A stretch of DNA of 64,000 nt from Desulfuromonadales bacterium (GTDB taxonomy: Bacteria > Desulfobacterota > Desulfuromonadia > Geobacterales > Pseudopelobacteraceae), in assembly GCA_013349405.1 (NCBI GenBank), contig DUZS01000004.1:94726-158725 (forward strand). Reading direction: 5' to 3'. This document shows positions 51,227-60,990 of the stretch, one piece after another (the first letter of the stretch is position 1; the number at the start of each line of letters is the position of its first letter). The notes under the pieces are model-generated. The model was not told the origin of the DNA, did not search any database, and was given only the letters and a program-made list of their open reading frames with translations. A program made the translations under genes and the position numbers.

Positions 51227-52438
51227 ATGAAAGTATTACAATTATGTATCCTGACCATATCTGCAGCATATCTTGCTGGCTGCGCATCCGTTGCGCCAAA
51301 AGAGCTCGTCGATGCCCGTTCGGCATACCAGACCGCGAGCGCAGGGCCTGCACAGGAACTTGCGCCGGCGGATTTACACAAAGCACAACTGGCACTCAAC
51401 GAAGCGGAGCAATCCTTCCACAAGGACTCTGATTCTACTAAAACCAAAGATCTCTCGTACGTTGCCCAGCGGAAATCCGAGCAGGCGGGAGCACTTGGTG
51501 CTATCGCCGCTGCCAAGTCGACGAAAGAGAGAGCGAACGCTGACTTTCAGAAGCAGCAGGCAGCAATCGTGGAGCAGGGTAAAAAGGATTTGAGAGAATC
51601 CGAAAAACAGTCAGCTGTTACACAGGCGGAACTTGAAAAACAGGCAGCTCTCAAGACGGCCAAGGATACAGCGGACGCAGAATTGAAAGCGTCAGAACAA
51701 CGAACAGCCGCCGGACAACAGGCAGCTGCAGTTCAGGCTGAACGTGCCAGACAAGCATCAGAACAACAGGCAGCCGCAGAACAACGGACGGCCGCTGCCC
51801 AGACCGAACTCGCACGGCAAGCCGAGGTCAAGGCTGCCAAGGAGAGAACGGACGCTGAATCTCAGAGGCAGCAGGCCTTGATTGAGCAGGGTAAGAGGGA
51901 TGTCGTTGAAGCCGAGAAGCGGGCAGCCGTGACACGGGCGGAACTTGACAAGCAGGCAGCGCTCAACAGAGCCAAGGCTTCAGCGGATGCCGAATTGAAA
52001 GCATCGGAACAACGGACAGCTGCTGCAATGGCTGAACTCGCTGCGATCGCTTCTCTCAAGGAAGAGGAACGCGGCCTGGTACTGACTCTCTCCGGAAGTA
52101 TTCTGTTTCGATCCGCAGAAGCATCCTTGATGCCTGCTGCTCAGGTAAAGCTTGACCAGGTAACGAAAGCGTTGCTGACGATTCACCCACGCAGCCTTGT
52201 TGTCGAGGGTCACACCGACTCACAGGGTTCCGACGCATACAATCAGGCTCTTTCGCAACGTCGTGCCGACGCGGTCAGAGATTATCTGGTACAGAAAGGC
52301 TATCCGGCCAACCAGATTCAGGCACGCGGACAGGGCGAAGGAAGCCCAATCGCAAAAAACAGTTCCGCCGAGGGGCGCGCCAACAATCGCCGCGTTGAGA
52401 TCGTTATCCAGCGTGAAGTGCAGACATCTAAAAAATAA
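51227..52438 (+). CDS. OmpA-family lipoprotein with a DUF4398-like N-terminus and a duplicated approx. 60-aa coiled-coil repeat
   Basis: Lipobox YLAGC. Two repeats ...QQA.IEQGK.D..E.EK..AVT.AEL.KQAAL..AK...DAELKASEQRTAA. The OmpA_C motif is read as LVVEGHTDSQGSDAYNQALSQRRADAV...NRRVEI. Confidence 0.85.
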   Translation: MKVLQLCILTISAAYLAGCASVAPKELVDARSAYQTASAGPAQELAPADLHKAQLALNEAEQSFHKDSDSTKTKDLSYVAQRKSEQAGALGAIAAAKSTKERANADFQKQQAAIVEQGKKDLRESEKQSAVTQAELEKQAALKTAKDTADAELKASEQRTAAGQQAAAVQAERARQASEQQAAAEQRTAAAQTELARQAEVKAAKERTDAESQRQQALIEQGKRDVVEAEKRAAVTRAELDKQAALNRAKASADAELKASEQRTAAAMAELAAIASLKEEERGLVLTLSGSILFRSAEASLMPAAQVKLDQVTKALLTIHPRSLVVEGHTDSQGSDAYNQALSQRRADAVRDYLVQKGYPANQIQARGQGEGSPIAKNSSAEGRANNRRVEIVIQREVQTSKK

Positions 52439-52459
52439 GCGGAAAGAAATGATTTTAAA

Positions 52460-52502
52460 GTCCCCCATCCCCTTGTGGGAGAGGGTTAGGGGGGTGGGGA
52501 GA
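52460..52502. repeat. G-run/C-run palindromic intergenic element (REP-like), copy 3
   Basis: TCCCCCATCCCCTTGTGGGAGAGGGTTAGGGGGGTGGGGA. Confidence 0.55.
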
Positions 52503-52596
52503 TTTGCCATTTTTGACGCTGACATCAATATCACCCACCCCTCAATCCACTTTCGTCCGTAGTTGAATTTGAGTTTTTGTGTAATGGAGAAACAAT

Positions 52597-52701
52597 ATGC
52601 GTAATGCAGAAAAAGGAAAGGTAGGCTGGATACTCCTATGGCTCTTGGGAATTCCGCTCCCGATTCTACTGGTACTGTATTTTCTGCGTGGTTGCACGTG
52701 A
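52597..52701 (+). CDS. 34-aa single-TM small protein (below the ORF-track cutoff)
   Basis: MRNAEKGKVGWILLWLLGIPLPILLVLYFLRGCT. GGAGA lies 7 nt upstream. It ends 18 nt before the DUF748-like gene. Confidence 0.55.
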   Translation: MRNAEKGKVGWILLWLLGIPLPILLVLYFLRGCT

Positions 52702-52719
52702 GACGCCTCTGTGTAAAAC

Positions 52720-54324
52720 ATGGCAACTAAGTCAGAACTCATAAAACCTCGCTCTTCAAAGCTGCTGCGCTGGCTGATCGGAATTCCGGTCGTACTTGCT
52801 CTGCTGCTTGTGGCAGGATCATATTTTCTTGATGAACCGTTGCGCCGCTTCATGGAAGAGAGAATCAACCGCAATCTGAAAGGGTATTCGGTTCGGCTCC
52901 CCGCTGTGCATCTCCAACTGATCGGCCTCTCACTGACCTTGAAGGGACTGACACTCATTCAACAGGCACATCCCGCTCCGGCTGTCGCATCTTTCCCTTT
53001 GATTAATGCCTCGATCCACTGGCGCGAGATTTTCTCGGGGAAGCTTGTCGCCGAAGTGCTGCTGAATCAGCCGAACATCAACATCAATCTGAAACAGTTG
53101 AGCAGCGAGGCGGCCAGTACGGTTCCGCTTAAAGAACGCGGCTGGCAGCAGGCGCTGGAGGATATCTACCCGCTTAAAATCAACACCGTCACCGTTACGG
53201 ATGCCAATGTCACCTACATCGACCAGGATCCGCAGAAACCACTCGTCCTGAGCCATCTTAACCTCCGTGCCACCAATATCCGTAATATCCATCAGCCGGA
53301 CTTGATCTATCCTTCTCCGTTCACGCTTGATACGGCCATCTTTGAGAGCGGTTCTGGCAGCATTGAGGGGCATGCAAATTTCCTCGCACAGCCGCATATC
53401 GGCCTGAAAGGACGCCTTTCGCTGGACAAAATACCGCTCGACTACTTCAAAACGCTGGCTGCCCGCTCGAACTTCTCACTCGATGGCGGACTGTTGAAAG
53501 GCACCGGTAACGCCGAGTATGGACCAACGGTAAAAACCGCCCGTATGGAGAGTCTGATCATTCAGGGTATGAAGCTGGACTATATCCATTCACCGCGTAC
53601 CGCCGGCGCCGAAAAAGCCCGTGCTGTCGTGATAAAGAAAGCCGCCAGAAAAATTACCAACAAAGCGGATCTTTTGATCCGTGCTGATACGGTGATCTTG
53701 ACCGGGTGTACCCTCGGCGTTGTAAATAAGGCGGCCAGAAAACCGTACCGCGTCTTCCTGGCAGACACTGATCTGCGGCTGAGCAATTTTTCAAACCAGT
53801 TTGAGCAGGGCCCCGCACAGGTGAGCGTGAAGGCAAAATTTATGGGAAGTGGGGTAACAACGGCTTCTGCTACGTTCCGACCGGAGAACAGAGGGCCGGA
53901 TCTTGATCTTTTCGTCAATATCGGGGCAACCCGACTGACATCGATGAACGACCTGCTCCGCTCGTATGGTGATTTTGACGTCTCTGCCGGGGTATTCTCG
54001 CTCGTGACAGAACTGCATATTAAAAATGGCGCCATATCCGGTTACATCAAGCCGTTCTTTAAAGGAATGGATGTCTATGACCGGCGCACAGACAGTGATC
54101 GCGGCGTTGGTCACAAAATGTACGAAATGATGGTTGGCGGTGTTGCCAAAATTCTTGAAAACAGGCCGCGCCACCAGGTTGCCACCAAAGTGTATATCAG
54201 CGGCCCGGTGGAGAATCCGGAAACCAGCGGTTGGCAGATCGCCCTGGAACTGATCAAAAACGGCTTTTTTAAGGCGATTCTTCCCGGTTTTGAAAAAAAA
54301 GCGAGTGGTGGAGGCATCAAATGA
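52720..54324 (+). CDS. membrane-anchored DUF748/AsmA-like protein
   Basis: N-terminal TM, then a long beta-rich periplasmic region. The family name comes from overall pattern only. Confidence 0.5.
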   Translation: MATKSELIKPRSSKLLRWLIGIPVVLALLLVAGSYFLDEPLRRFMEERINRNLKGYSVRLPAVHLQLIGLSLTLKGLTLIQQAHPAPAVASFPLINASIHWREIFSGKLVAEVLLNQPNININLKQLSSEAASTVPLKERGWQQALEDIYPLKINTVTVTDANVTYIDQDPQKPLVLSHLNLRATNIRNIHQPDLIYPSPFTLDTAIFESGSGSIEGHANFLAQPHIGLKGRLSLDKIPLDYFKTLAARSNFSLDGGLLKGTGNAEYGPTVKTARMESLIIQGMKLDYIHSPRTAGAEKARAVVIKKAARKITNKADLLIRADTVILTGCTLGVVNKAARKPYRVFLADTDLRLSNFSNQFEQGPAQVSVKAKFMGSGVTTASATFRPENRGPDLDLFVNIGATRLTSMNDLLRSYGDFDVSAGVFSLVTELHIKNGAISGYIKPFFKGMDVYDRRTDSDRGVGHKMYEMMVGGVAKILENRPRHQVATKVYISGPVENPETSGWQIALELIKNGFFKAILPGFEKKASGGGIK

Positions 54325-55562
54325 CTGCCGTGACAATCTCAACATCCTACCGTCGCTATGCTCTCGGTCTTCTCCTCACGGTTAACATGCTTAATTATAT
54401 TGACCGTCAGGTGCTCTTCGCAGTTTTTCCGCTGATCAAGATCGATCTTCAGATCACTGATGCGGCACTCGGCCTGCTCGGGTCTGCTTTCATGTTCAGC
54501 TATATGCTCTTCGCGCCGCTTTTCGGCTGGCTGGGTGACCGATGGAGCCGTACTCTGCTCGCTTCCGGTGGCCTCGTTGTCTGGAGTGTGGCGACCGCCC
54601 TTGCCGGTTTTGCCCCCGGTTACCGCACCCTGCTGGCTGCCCGTGCCACTGTCGGCGTCGGTGAGGCGAGTTTTGGCACGGTATCCCCCGGGCTTGTTTC
54701 AGATTTTTTTCCGAAAGAGCGCCGTGGTAAAATTCTCTCCTGGTTCTATGTTGCCATCCCGGTCGGGAGTGCGCTCGGCTACCTCCTTGGCGGACTGCTG
54801 GGGCAGAACTACGGCTGGCATGCCGCATTTATGATGGTCGGAGTGCCGGGCCTGCTGCTCGCAATTCCGATTGCGCTGTTGCGCACACCACCGCGCGGTG
54901 GTGATACCCTTCAACCTGCCGGAGATGAAAAAAATGCATCTTCAGGATACGCGGCGCTGTTAAAAAATCGCTCGTTCGTCTGCAATACGTTGGCAATGGC
55001 AGCTATGACCTTTGCCGTCGGGGGACTTTCGCAATGGCTCCCTTCGTTCCTGCACCGCGTTCACTCTCTTGATGTTGCCAAGGGCAATATGCTGTTCGGT
55101 GCGACCACCGTGCTGGCGGGGATACTGGGCACTCTGGTCGGTGGCTGGCTTGGTGACCGCTGGCAGAAAAAGGACGGTAAGGGCTATCTGCTGTTGTCCG
55201 GGTGGGGGTTTCTCATCGGTACGCCGTTCGCGGTATTGGCTCTCATTGCTCCTGAAATAGTCGGCTGTATGTCGGCAATTTTTATCGCCGAGTTCTTCCT
55301 CTTTCTCAACACCGGTCCGCTGAATACCGTGATTCTCAATGTTACCAGTCCGACTGTTCGCGCCATGGCTTTTGCGGTTAATATCTTCTTTATCCACGCT
55401 CTCGGAGATGCCTTTTCTCCTGCCATTATCGGATGGCTGTCTGACCAGTGGGGGTTGCGCAATGCACTTCTGATAACCCCCGGGGTCATGGTACTGGCCG
55501 GTCTGTTCTGTTTTATCTGCGGCAGATATGTGGTGCAGGATATGGCGAGTGTTGAGGCGTGA
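54321..55562 (+). CDS. MFS transporter
   Basis: 12 TM segments. GWLGDRWSR and the loop 2-3 motif. ATGA overlap with the upstream stop. Confidence 0.8.
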   Translation: MTAVTISTSYRRYALGLLLTVNMLNYIDRQVLFAVFPLIKIDLQITDAALGLLGSAFMFSYMLFAPLFGWLGDRWSRTLLASGGLVVWSVATALAGFAPGYRTLLAARATVGVGEASFGTVSPGLVSDFFPKERRGKILSWFYVAIPVGSALGYLLGGLLGQNYGWHAAFMMVGVPGLLLAIPIALLRTPPRGGDTLQPAGDEKNASSGYAALLKNRSFVCNTLAMAAMTFAVGGLSQWLPSFLHRVHSLDVAKGNMLFGATTVLAGILGTLVGGWLGDRWQKKDGKGYLLLSGWGFLIGTPFAVLALIAPEIVGCMSAIFIAEFFLFLNTGPLNTVILNVTSPTVRAMAFAVNIFFIHALGDAFSPAIIGWLSDQWGLRNALLITPGVMVLAGLFCFICGRYVVQDMASVEA

Positions 55563-55609
55563 ACTCAATCTGCCGGGATCAAAAACAGCTGCACAGCAAG
55601 GAGTCGTTC

Positions 55610-55885
55610 ATGAACGTACCAATTCTGCCAATCCTCATCATCGGCTGCTGCCTTCTCGGCGGGTGCTCGAATTTCTATACCAGACAATCAGATGCGCCTT
55701 CTGCCATGCAGGTACCAAAGACGCTGGTTCATCCGGTTGGTAAAAACTGGCAGGTGATAGAAGAAGCGCCGAAAATAAGTGATGAACGGGGACGCCTTCC
55801 TTTTCAGACGGAACAATCGTTACAACCGGAGCGGTCAACGGTACCGGTACCTGCGAAGAATCGCACCATCGAGACACCGCGATGA
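55610..55885 (+). CDS. small lipoprotein (91 aa)
   Basis: AAGGAG lies upstream of ATG 55610. Lipobox LLGGC. Confidence 0.6.
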   Translation: MNVPILPILIIGCCLLGGCSNFYTRQSDAPSAMQVPKTLVHPVGKNWQVIEEAPKISDERGRLPFQTEQSLQPERSTVPVPAKNRTIETPR

Positions 55886-57162
55886 AACAACTGATCCTGT
55901 CACTGATAGTATTATTCATCATGCTGCCCCTGACGACCGTTGCGGCAGATGACGGCTATGGCTACCCGATCCCGGGGTCATATGAAGCCACCATTATCGG
56001 AACTCCGGTTACGCTGATGCCGGAACTGCCCGCATATATTACCACCCGGCAGCTTGTTCTTGACGTCAATCCGGGTAGAAAGCGCCCGCCGATCTTCTTT
56101 TATGACGAGGGATTGCGCTGCACGTTTGCTTATCAGGAGAAGAAAGCGCCTCTCGTTTTTCTGATCGCCGGAGCCGGTTCGGGTGATCGTTCCGTCAAGC
56201 TGATGACCATGATGAAAGCCTTCTATGTGGCCGGTTTTCACGTCATAACAGTGCCGTCGCCGTCACATGCAAATTTCATCATCTCAGCCTCCCGCAGCAG
56301 TGTCCCGGGAGATTTGGCCGAAGACGCTGCTGATCTCTATCGGGCCATGGAGAGTGCCTGGAAACAGGTCGCGGGTGATATTGAAGTTTCCTCTTTCAAC
56401 CTCTGCGGCTACAGCCTCGGAGGCACTCAGGCGGCTTTTGTGGCCAGGTTGGACGAGGAACGAAAGGTCTTCAATTTTCGCAAAGTGCTTATGATCAACC
56501 CGGCGGTAAGCCTCTTTAGTTCAGCAACCCGAATCGAAGATCTGATGAAGCAGATCCCGGGCGGAGCCAAGAAACAGGGGATCTTTTTCAACAAAATGCT
56601 GTCCAAATTCAGCCAGTATTATCGCTATGGTAATTTTGTTGCCATAAATGATGAGTTTCTCTACTCGATCTATACAGAGAAGCTGTTCTCTCTGGAAGAG
56701 ACGGCCGGTTTGATCGGACTCACCTACCGCATCAACCTGGCAGGCATGATTTTCGCTTCTGATGTCATGACCAACAGCGGCTACGTCGTACCGAAGAATC
56801 GCAACCTGAAGACCACTGATTCCATTTTTGACTATTTTCTGGTCTCCTCCCACTTGAGCTTCATCGACTATTTCAACGAGTATCTGTTCCCCTATTTCCA
56901 GAAGCAGCGACCGGGTCTGACCAAACAGCAGTACATCCATTCCCTGAGCCTCAAGAGCATCGAGGGGTACCTTACCTCTACAACCAAATTTGCTGTGATG
57001 ACCAACGAAAATGACTTTATTCTGACCGGTGAAGATCTTGATTACCTGCGTCAAATATTCGGCGAGCGTGCCAGGATATACCCTCGCGGCGGACATCTCG
57101 GCAACCTTGAATATAAAGAGAATCTGGCCTCTATGGTATCGTTTTTCGAGGAGACAAAATGA
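55882..57162 (+). CDS. secreted alpha/beta-hydrolase-fold serine hydrolase (lipase/esterase-like)
   Basis: Signal peptide. Nucleophile elbow GYSLGG. ATGA overlap with the upstream gene. Confidence 0.6.
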   Translation: MKQLILSLIVLFIMLPLTTVAADDGYGYPIPGSYEATIIGTPVTLMPELPAYITTRQLVLDVNPGRKRPPIFFYDEGLRCTFAYQEKKAPLVFLIAGAGSGDRSVKLMTMMKAFYVAGFHVITVPSPSHANFIISASRSSVPGDLAEDAADLYRAMESAWKQVAGDIEVSSFNLCGYSLGGTQAAFVARLDEERKVFNFRKVLMINPAVSLFSSATRIEDLMKQIPGGAKKQGIFFNKMLSKFSQYYRYGNFVAINDEFLYSIYTEKLFSLEETAGLIGLTYRINLAGMIFASDVMTNSGYVVPKNRNLKTTDSIFDYFLVSSHLSFIDYFNEYLFPYFQKQRPGLTKQQYIHSLSLKSIEGYLTSTTKFAVMTNENDFILTGEDLDYLRQIFGERARIYPRGGHLGNLEYKENLASMVSFFEETK

Positions 57163-57938
57163 TCGTTATGAGAGCCCTGGTAATCGTGACCGTTATACTG
57201 CTGCTGGCACTACTGGTGTCCGGTTGTGCCACGACGAACAGCAGCACCCTGGCAGAGGTACCGGCGATGCACTCCATAGCTGAGTTCAAAGATCAGCGTT
57301 TCGCCGATGTCTCCGATCCGTGGGAAGGTTTCAATCGGAACATGTACCGGTTTAACTACTACTTCGATAAATATATCTTTATCCCCGTAGTAACCGGCTA
57401 TGAGTTCGTCACCCCCACTTTTGTTCAGAAGCGCATAAGCGGTGTCTACAGTAATCTCGGTGAAGTAACTAATTTTACCAACAGCCTGTTTCAGTTGAAG
57501 GGCACCGAATCAGTCACGACGCTTGGCCGTTTCGTGACAAACAGTACCATAGGTCTTGCCGGAATGTTCGACCCGGCGACCAGTTTCGGCCTTGAGCGGC
57601 ACGACCAGGATTTCGGCAAAACGCTCGGGTACTGGGGTGCAGGCTCCGGCCACTATCTGGTGCTGCCGGTTTTCGGCCCCTCATCCCTCCGTGACGCAGG
57701 GGGACTTGCCGTTGACAGCGCCATAAAATATGGCATATATACCGCTATCGATCCGTTTGGCAGTTCCGGAAACAGTCTCGCCATCGATGCCGGAATAACT
57801 GTTCTGGGGGGCGTCGACGCACGGCACCAGCAGAGTTTCCGCTATTTCGAGAGCGGTAATCCCTTTGAATACTACCTGGTTCGTTTCATCCACCACGAGA
57901 AGCGCTCTATTGAAATAAACCCGCAGGTTACCAAGTAA
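57159..57938 (+). CDS. mlaA: MlaA/VacJ-family outer-membrane lipoprotein
   Basis: Lipobox LVSGC. DPWEGFNRNMYRFNYYFDKYIFIPVVTGYEFVTP. Confidence 0.85.
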   Translation: MIVMRALVIVTVILLLALLVSGCATTNSSTLAEVPAMHSIAEFKDQRFADVSDPWEGFNRNMYRFNYYFDKYIFIPVVTGYEFVTPTFVQKRISGVYSNLGEVTNFTNSLFQLKGTESVTTLGRFVTNSTIGLAGMFDPATSFGLERHDQDFGKTLGYWGAGSGHYLVLPVFGPSSLRDAGGLAVDSAIKYGIYTAIDPFGSSGNSLAIDAGITVLGGVDARHQQSFRYFESGNPFEYYLVRFIHHEKRSIEINPQVTK

Positions 57939-57950
57939 TAGGAGAAGAAT

Positions 57951-58499
57951 ATGGACTCGTCAATTATCAGAAGCATCACAATCGGCAGTATATCGCTGGT
58001 GGCTCTCGCGGTTGCCTCAGTCGGGGGGTGCACGGAAATGAGCCAGCCGAAGTTTGCCGATGTTGTCGCGGTAAAAGAAATAACGGAGACGATCACAACA
58101 CCGCGCGAGGAGTGCCGGGATGTGCAGGTACAGACGAAGGCGCCGGTTAAGGATTCCAATCGAATCGCCGGGACTGTAATTGGCGGAGTTGTCGGCGCCG
58201 TATTGGGCAACCAGATCGGCGGCGGCAGAGGCAAGACAGTCGCCACGATAGCAGGTGGTGCCGGTGGAGCGTATGCCGGAAACAAGGTGCAGGATGGTCT
58301 GCAGGAGAGCGACGTTGTCACTACGACGAGACGGGATTGCAAAACGGTCTATGACAAAGCGAAGAAAGTGGTCGGCTATGACGTCACGTATCGTCTCAAA
58401 GACAAGGAAGGGGTCGTAAGGACTTCGTTCCGTCCGGGCAGCACACTGCCGGTGGAAAATGGCATGGTGGTTGTGACACCGCCTGTAGCTGCGCAGTGA
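57951..58499 (+). CDS. glycine-zipper 2TM lipoprotein (SlyB / 17-kDa antigen-like)
   Basis: GTVIGGVVGAVLGNQIGGGRGKTVATIAGGAGGAYAGNKV. Confidence 0.8.
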   Translation: MDSSIIRSITIGSISLVALAVASVGGCTEMSQPKFADVVAVKEITETITTPREECRDVQVQTKAPVKDSNRIAGTVIGGVVGAVLGNQIGGGRGKTVATIAGGAGGAYAGNKVQDGLQESDVVTTTRRDCKTVYDKAKKVVGYDVTYRLKDKEGVVRTSFRPGSTLPVENGMVVVTPPVAAQ

Positions 58500-58520
58500 C
58501 CGGATCTTCCGTTCATGTTG

Positions 58521-58617
58521 GTAGGGGCGATCCCGGCGGGTCGCCCTGTCAGGATAGCCAATATATCCGGGGATTGGCGCATATCGAGACAGGGCGAGCC
58601 AACGGCGTCGCCCCTAC
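58521..58617. repeat. composite palindromic element between convergent genes
   Basis: The arm GTAGGGGCGA-N10-TCGCCCTGTC and its inverted copy GACAGGGCGA-N10-TCGCCCCTAC are separated by 37 nt. Each arm is itself a hairpin. Confidence 0.6.
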
Positions 58618-58645
58618 AAGGTAAATCGGAATTTTCTATATCCTT

Positions 58646-59512
58646 TTACTTACGCACTATCTTGATGATGGCACAGATATCTTCTTCGCCAAGACCGGCA
58701 TCAACTGCGGCCTGGTACACCTTGCTTGCCGATTCAGCGGCAGGGAGATTCAGTCCGACCAGACGTGACGCATTCATTGCCATATGAAGCTGGTCGTTGA
58801 CATATTTGAGTGCGAGACTGCGTGAGAAGTCGCCGCGTGCCATGGCGCGACCTTTCTGGTGGAATAGTGGCGACGCGACTCCGCGGGTGTCAAGAACTTC
58901 CAGAATTTTGTCAGCGCTGAACCCCATCTTCTCGCCAAGCACCAGACCTTCTGCCAGAACCTGTACCAACTCTGCCTGTACAAGATTTACGATCATCTTC
59001 ATCTTGGTGGCGTCACCAATCTCGCCGACATGAATGGTATTAAGCCCGAAAAAGGAGAACGGCTCGCGGCATTTACCAACCAGAGCGGGGTCGCCGGCGG
59101 TGATGATGGTCATCAGCCCGTTAACGGCATGATCTTTACTCCCCCACACCGGCGCATCCAGATAGTGAATATTCCTCCTTGCACACTCTTCCGCGAGTTT
59201 CATCGTTGTTTCAAGAGAGTGTGAGCCCATATCGGCAAGAATGGTACCGCTGTCTATGCCGGCCAGAATACCCTGCTCACCAAAAAAGAGCGGTCCCAAT
59301 TCATCACCTTCGGGAACAATAGCGATAACAAGATCACGCCCTTTAGCTGCTTCAAACGCTGATGAGGACGCCCTGGCACCCGAAACGGTCAATTCCTGCA
59401 CGACCGCCGCTTCCATATCAAATACCGTCAGTTCATAGTTCGCCTTGGCCAGATTGACAGCCATATGTCGTCCAACAGTACCAAGCCCGATAAAACCGAT
59501 TTTCCTCAACAT
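58646..59512 (-). CDS. NAD(P)-dependent 3-hydroxyisobutyrate/2-hydroxy-3-oxopropionate reductase-family oxidoreductase
   Basis: The Rossmann motif is read as KIGFIGLGTVGRHMAVNL. AAAGGAGG lies upstream of ATG 59512. Confidence 0.8.
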   Translation of the reverse strand: MLRKIGFIGLGTVGRHMAVNLAKANYELTVFDMEAAVVQELTVSGARASSSAFEAAKGRDLVIAIVPEGDELGPLFFGEQGILAGIDSGTILADMGSHSLETTMKLAEECARRNIHYLDAPVWGSKDHAVNGLMTIITAGDPALVGKCREPFSFFGLNTIHVGEIGDATKMKMIVNLVQAELVQVLAEGLVLGEKMGFSADKILEVLDTRGVASPLFHQKGRAMARGDFSRSLALKYVNDQLHMAMNASRLVGLNLPAAESASKVYQAAVDAGLGEEDICAIIKIVRK

Positions 59513-59763
59513 ACAAATACCTCCTTTAAGTAGCAATCATAACGATTGCTCAAATATTTATATATACTTTCAGTTCTTTCGTCATGTTGACTTCATATAT
59601 CCATCGATTGTAATTGCGTCACGATTGCCATTTCCCATGGCGAGGCTGGTAGTTGTGTCAACCTCGCGAAATTTCCTCCTGCAGACCACCTGTTAGACAT
59701 GCAACAAATATGCGCCAAAACTTTTCTGATACCCTTTTGAATGGACTTAGCCGGATGTTTGTT

Positions 59764-59979
59764 TCATGCGTGCAAGCGTTGGGTAAGCGTGAACCGTGTA
59801 ACTTCATCATTGCTGAATATCCTGGTTCTGCCTAAAGAGTCGTGCGCGGTGATCCTGGCAAAAGCACATACACCCTTGCCACGTATTTTTGGCTGTACCA
59901 TGACCGTGAAACTATCGCTATAAGATGGAATATAGACCTGATCTCCGGGGCCGAGCGTTTTTGCTTCATCAATTTGCAT
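59764..59979 (-). CDS. small protein, unknown function (71 aa)
   Basis: AAGGAGG lies 7 nt upstream of the ATG. Last gene of a four-gene minus-strand unit. Confidence 0.55.
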   Translation of the reverse strand: MQIDEAKTLGPGDQVYIPSYSDSFTVMVQPKIRGKGVCAFARITAHDSLGRTRIFSNDEVTRFTLTQRLHA

Positions 59980-60007
59980 TTTGTTCCTCCTTATGTTCAG
60001 GGCGTGC

Positions 60008-60217
60008 TTATTTCCCTGATGGAATTATTTTTTTAATACCATGCTCATAGTCGTTGGTAATTGTCTTCAGGTTACTTTTGACGTGACCTTGGGTGTACGA
60101 ATGATACAGGTACCACGCTCCGATAAGAGCCAGTAAAAACATGATGATTGCGATTACGCCACCATTATGGTTATGCAGGGGGCCGGCCAGGTTTTTAGGT
60201 GTAGTAACTTTGTTCAT
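60008..60217 (-). CDS. small single-TM protein (69 aa)
   Basis: AAGGAG lies upstream. TM segment VIAIIMFLLALIGAWYLY. Confidence 0.55.
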   Translation of the reverse strand: MNKVTTPKNLAGPLHNHNGGVIAIIMFLLALIGAWYLYHSYTQGHVKSNLKTITNDYEHGIKKIIPSGK

Positions 60218-60239
60218 GGATGTACTCCTTGAAAAGGTG

Positions 60240-60884
60240 TCAGAAATAAGAGACCGTCAGCAAAGGCGCCCGGTTGATTGTGGTGTCGTCTATTTCAATA
60301 AGCCCCGGGAAAACAAACCCATCATCCTCCAGAATGCGGATCTGGAAATAAACCAATCCACGGTGCTGGGCTTCCACCATCAATGATGTCACATCTACCG
60401 TAACGTGGCGGAGAACGTCGGCCCGGGATATCGGAGGTGTGATCGTCGTTACCGCCAGGGCAGGTTGAATAATGCGGTCAAAATCAGATGCCAGCAATGT
60501 CTGGGGTGGAAAAGCGACGAGCTCGATACGAATTGGAATTGAACCGGCCGCCGGCTGGATAGAGATGCTGTCAATAAAAATGTCGAGTGTTGCCGAGTTG
60601 ATGATTGCGCTCCCTGGAACTCCGCCCGTACCTGTCAGAGAAAAAGCCAGGAAAGCACGGTACTCAGATCCGGTGGCAGGATCTATGCCGGCAAATACGC
60701 TTGGGGGATTGCCCTGCACTATTGAAAACAGGTTTGGGGGATCTAACCGGATATCACCATCAAACGCCGCGCGACTGAGTATTTGCGTCACAACCACAGG
60801 CGGTGGACTGCTACCGCCACCACCGCACCCTGACATTGCCAGCATTAGTGAGATCATAACTGTTGCATAGAGAATCGTTTTCAA
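60240..60884 (-). CDS. lipoprotein, unknown function (beta-rich)
   Basis: Lipobox LAMSGC followed by GGGGSSPPP. No motif recognised. Confidence 0.65.
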   Translation of the reverse strand: MKTILYATVMISLMLAMSGCGGGGSSPPPVVVTQILSRAAFDGDIRLDPPNLFSIVQGNPPSVFAGIDPATGSEYRAFLAFSLTGTGGVPGSAIINSATLDIFIDSISIQPAAGSIPIRIELVAFPPQTLLASDFDRIIQPALAVTTITPPISRADVLRHVTVDVTSLMVEAQHRGLVYFQIRILEDDGFVFPGLIEIDDTTINRAPLLTVSYF

Positions 60885-60990
60885 AGTGGCCTCCTTTTAT
60901 TTTCAATTATTATGTGTCTCATCCTGTCGGCACATCAAATTTTTGTTCGTCACTGGATGTGTGGAATATCCGAGCCATCTGAATATTCAC

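Noticed and set aside
59616-59630. A sigma-54-like match on the minus strand (TGGCAA-TCGTG-ACGC) upstream of the oxidoreductase gene.
   Set aside because: The -24 and -12 boxes are both degenerate (CAA, and ACGC instead of TTGC). There is no upstream box or IHF-like site. The evidence is too weak to list as a feature.
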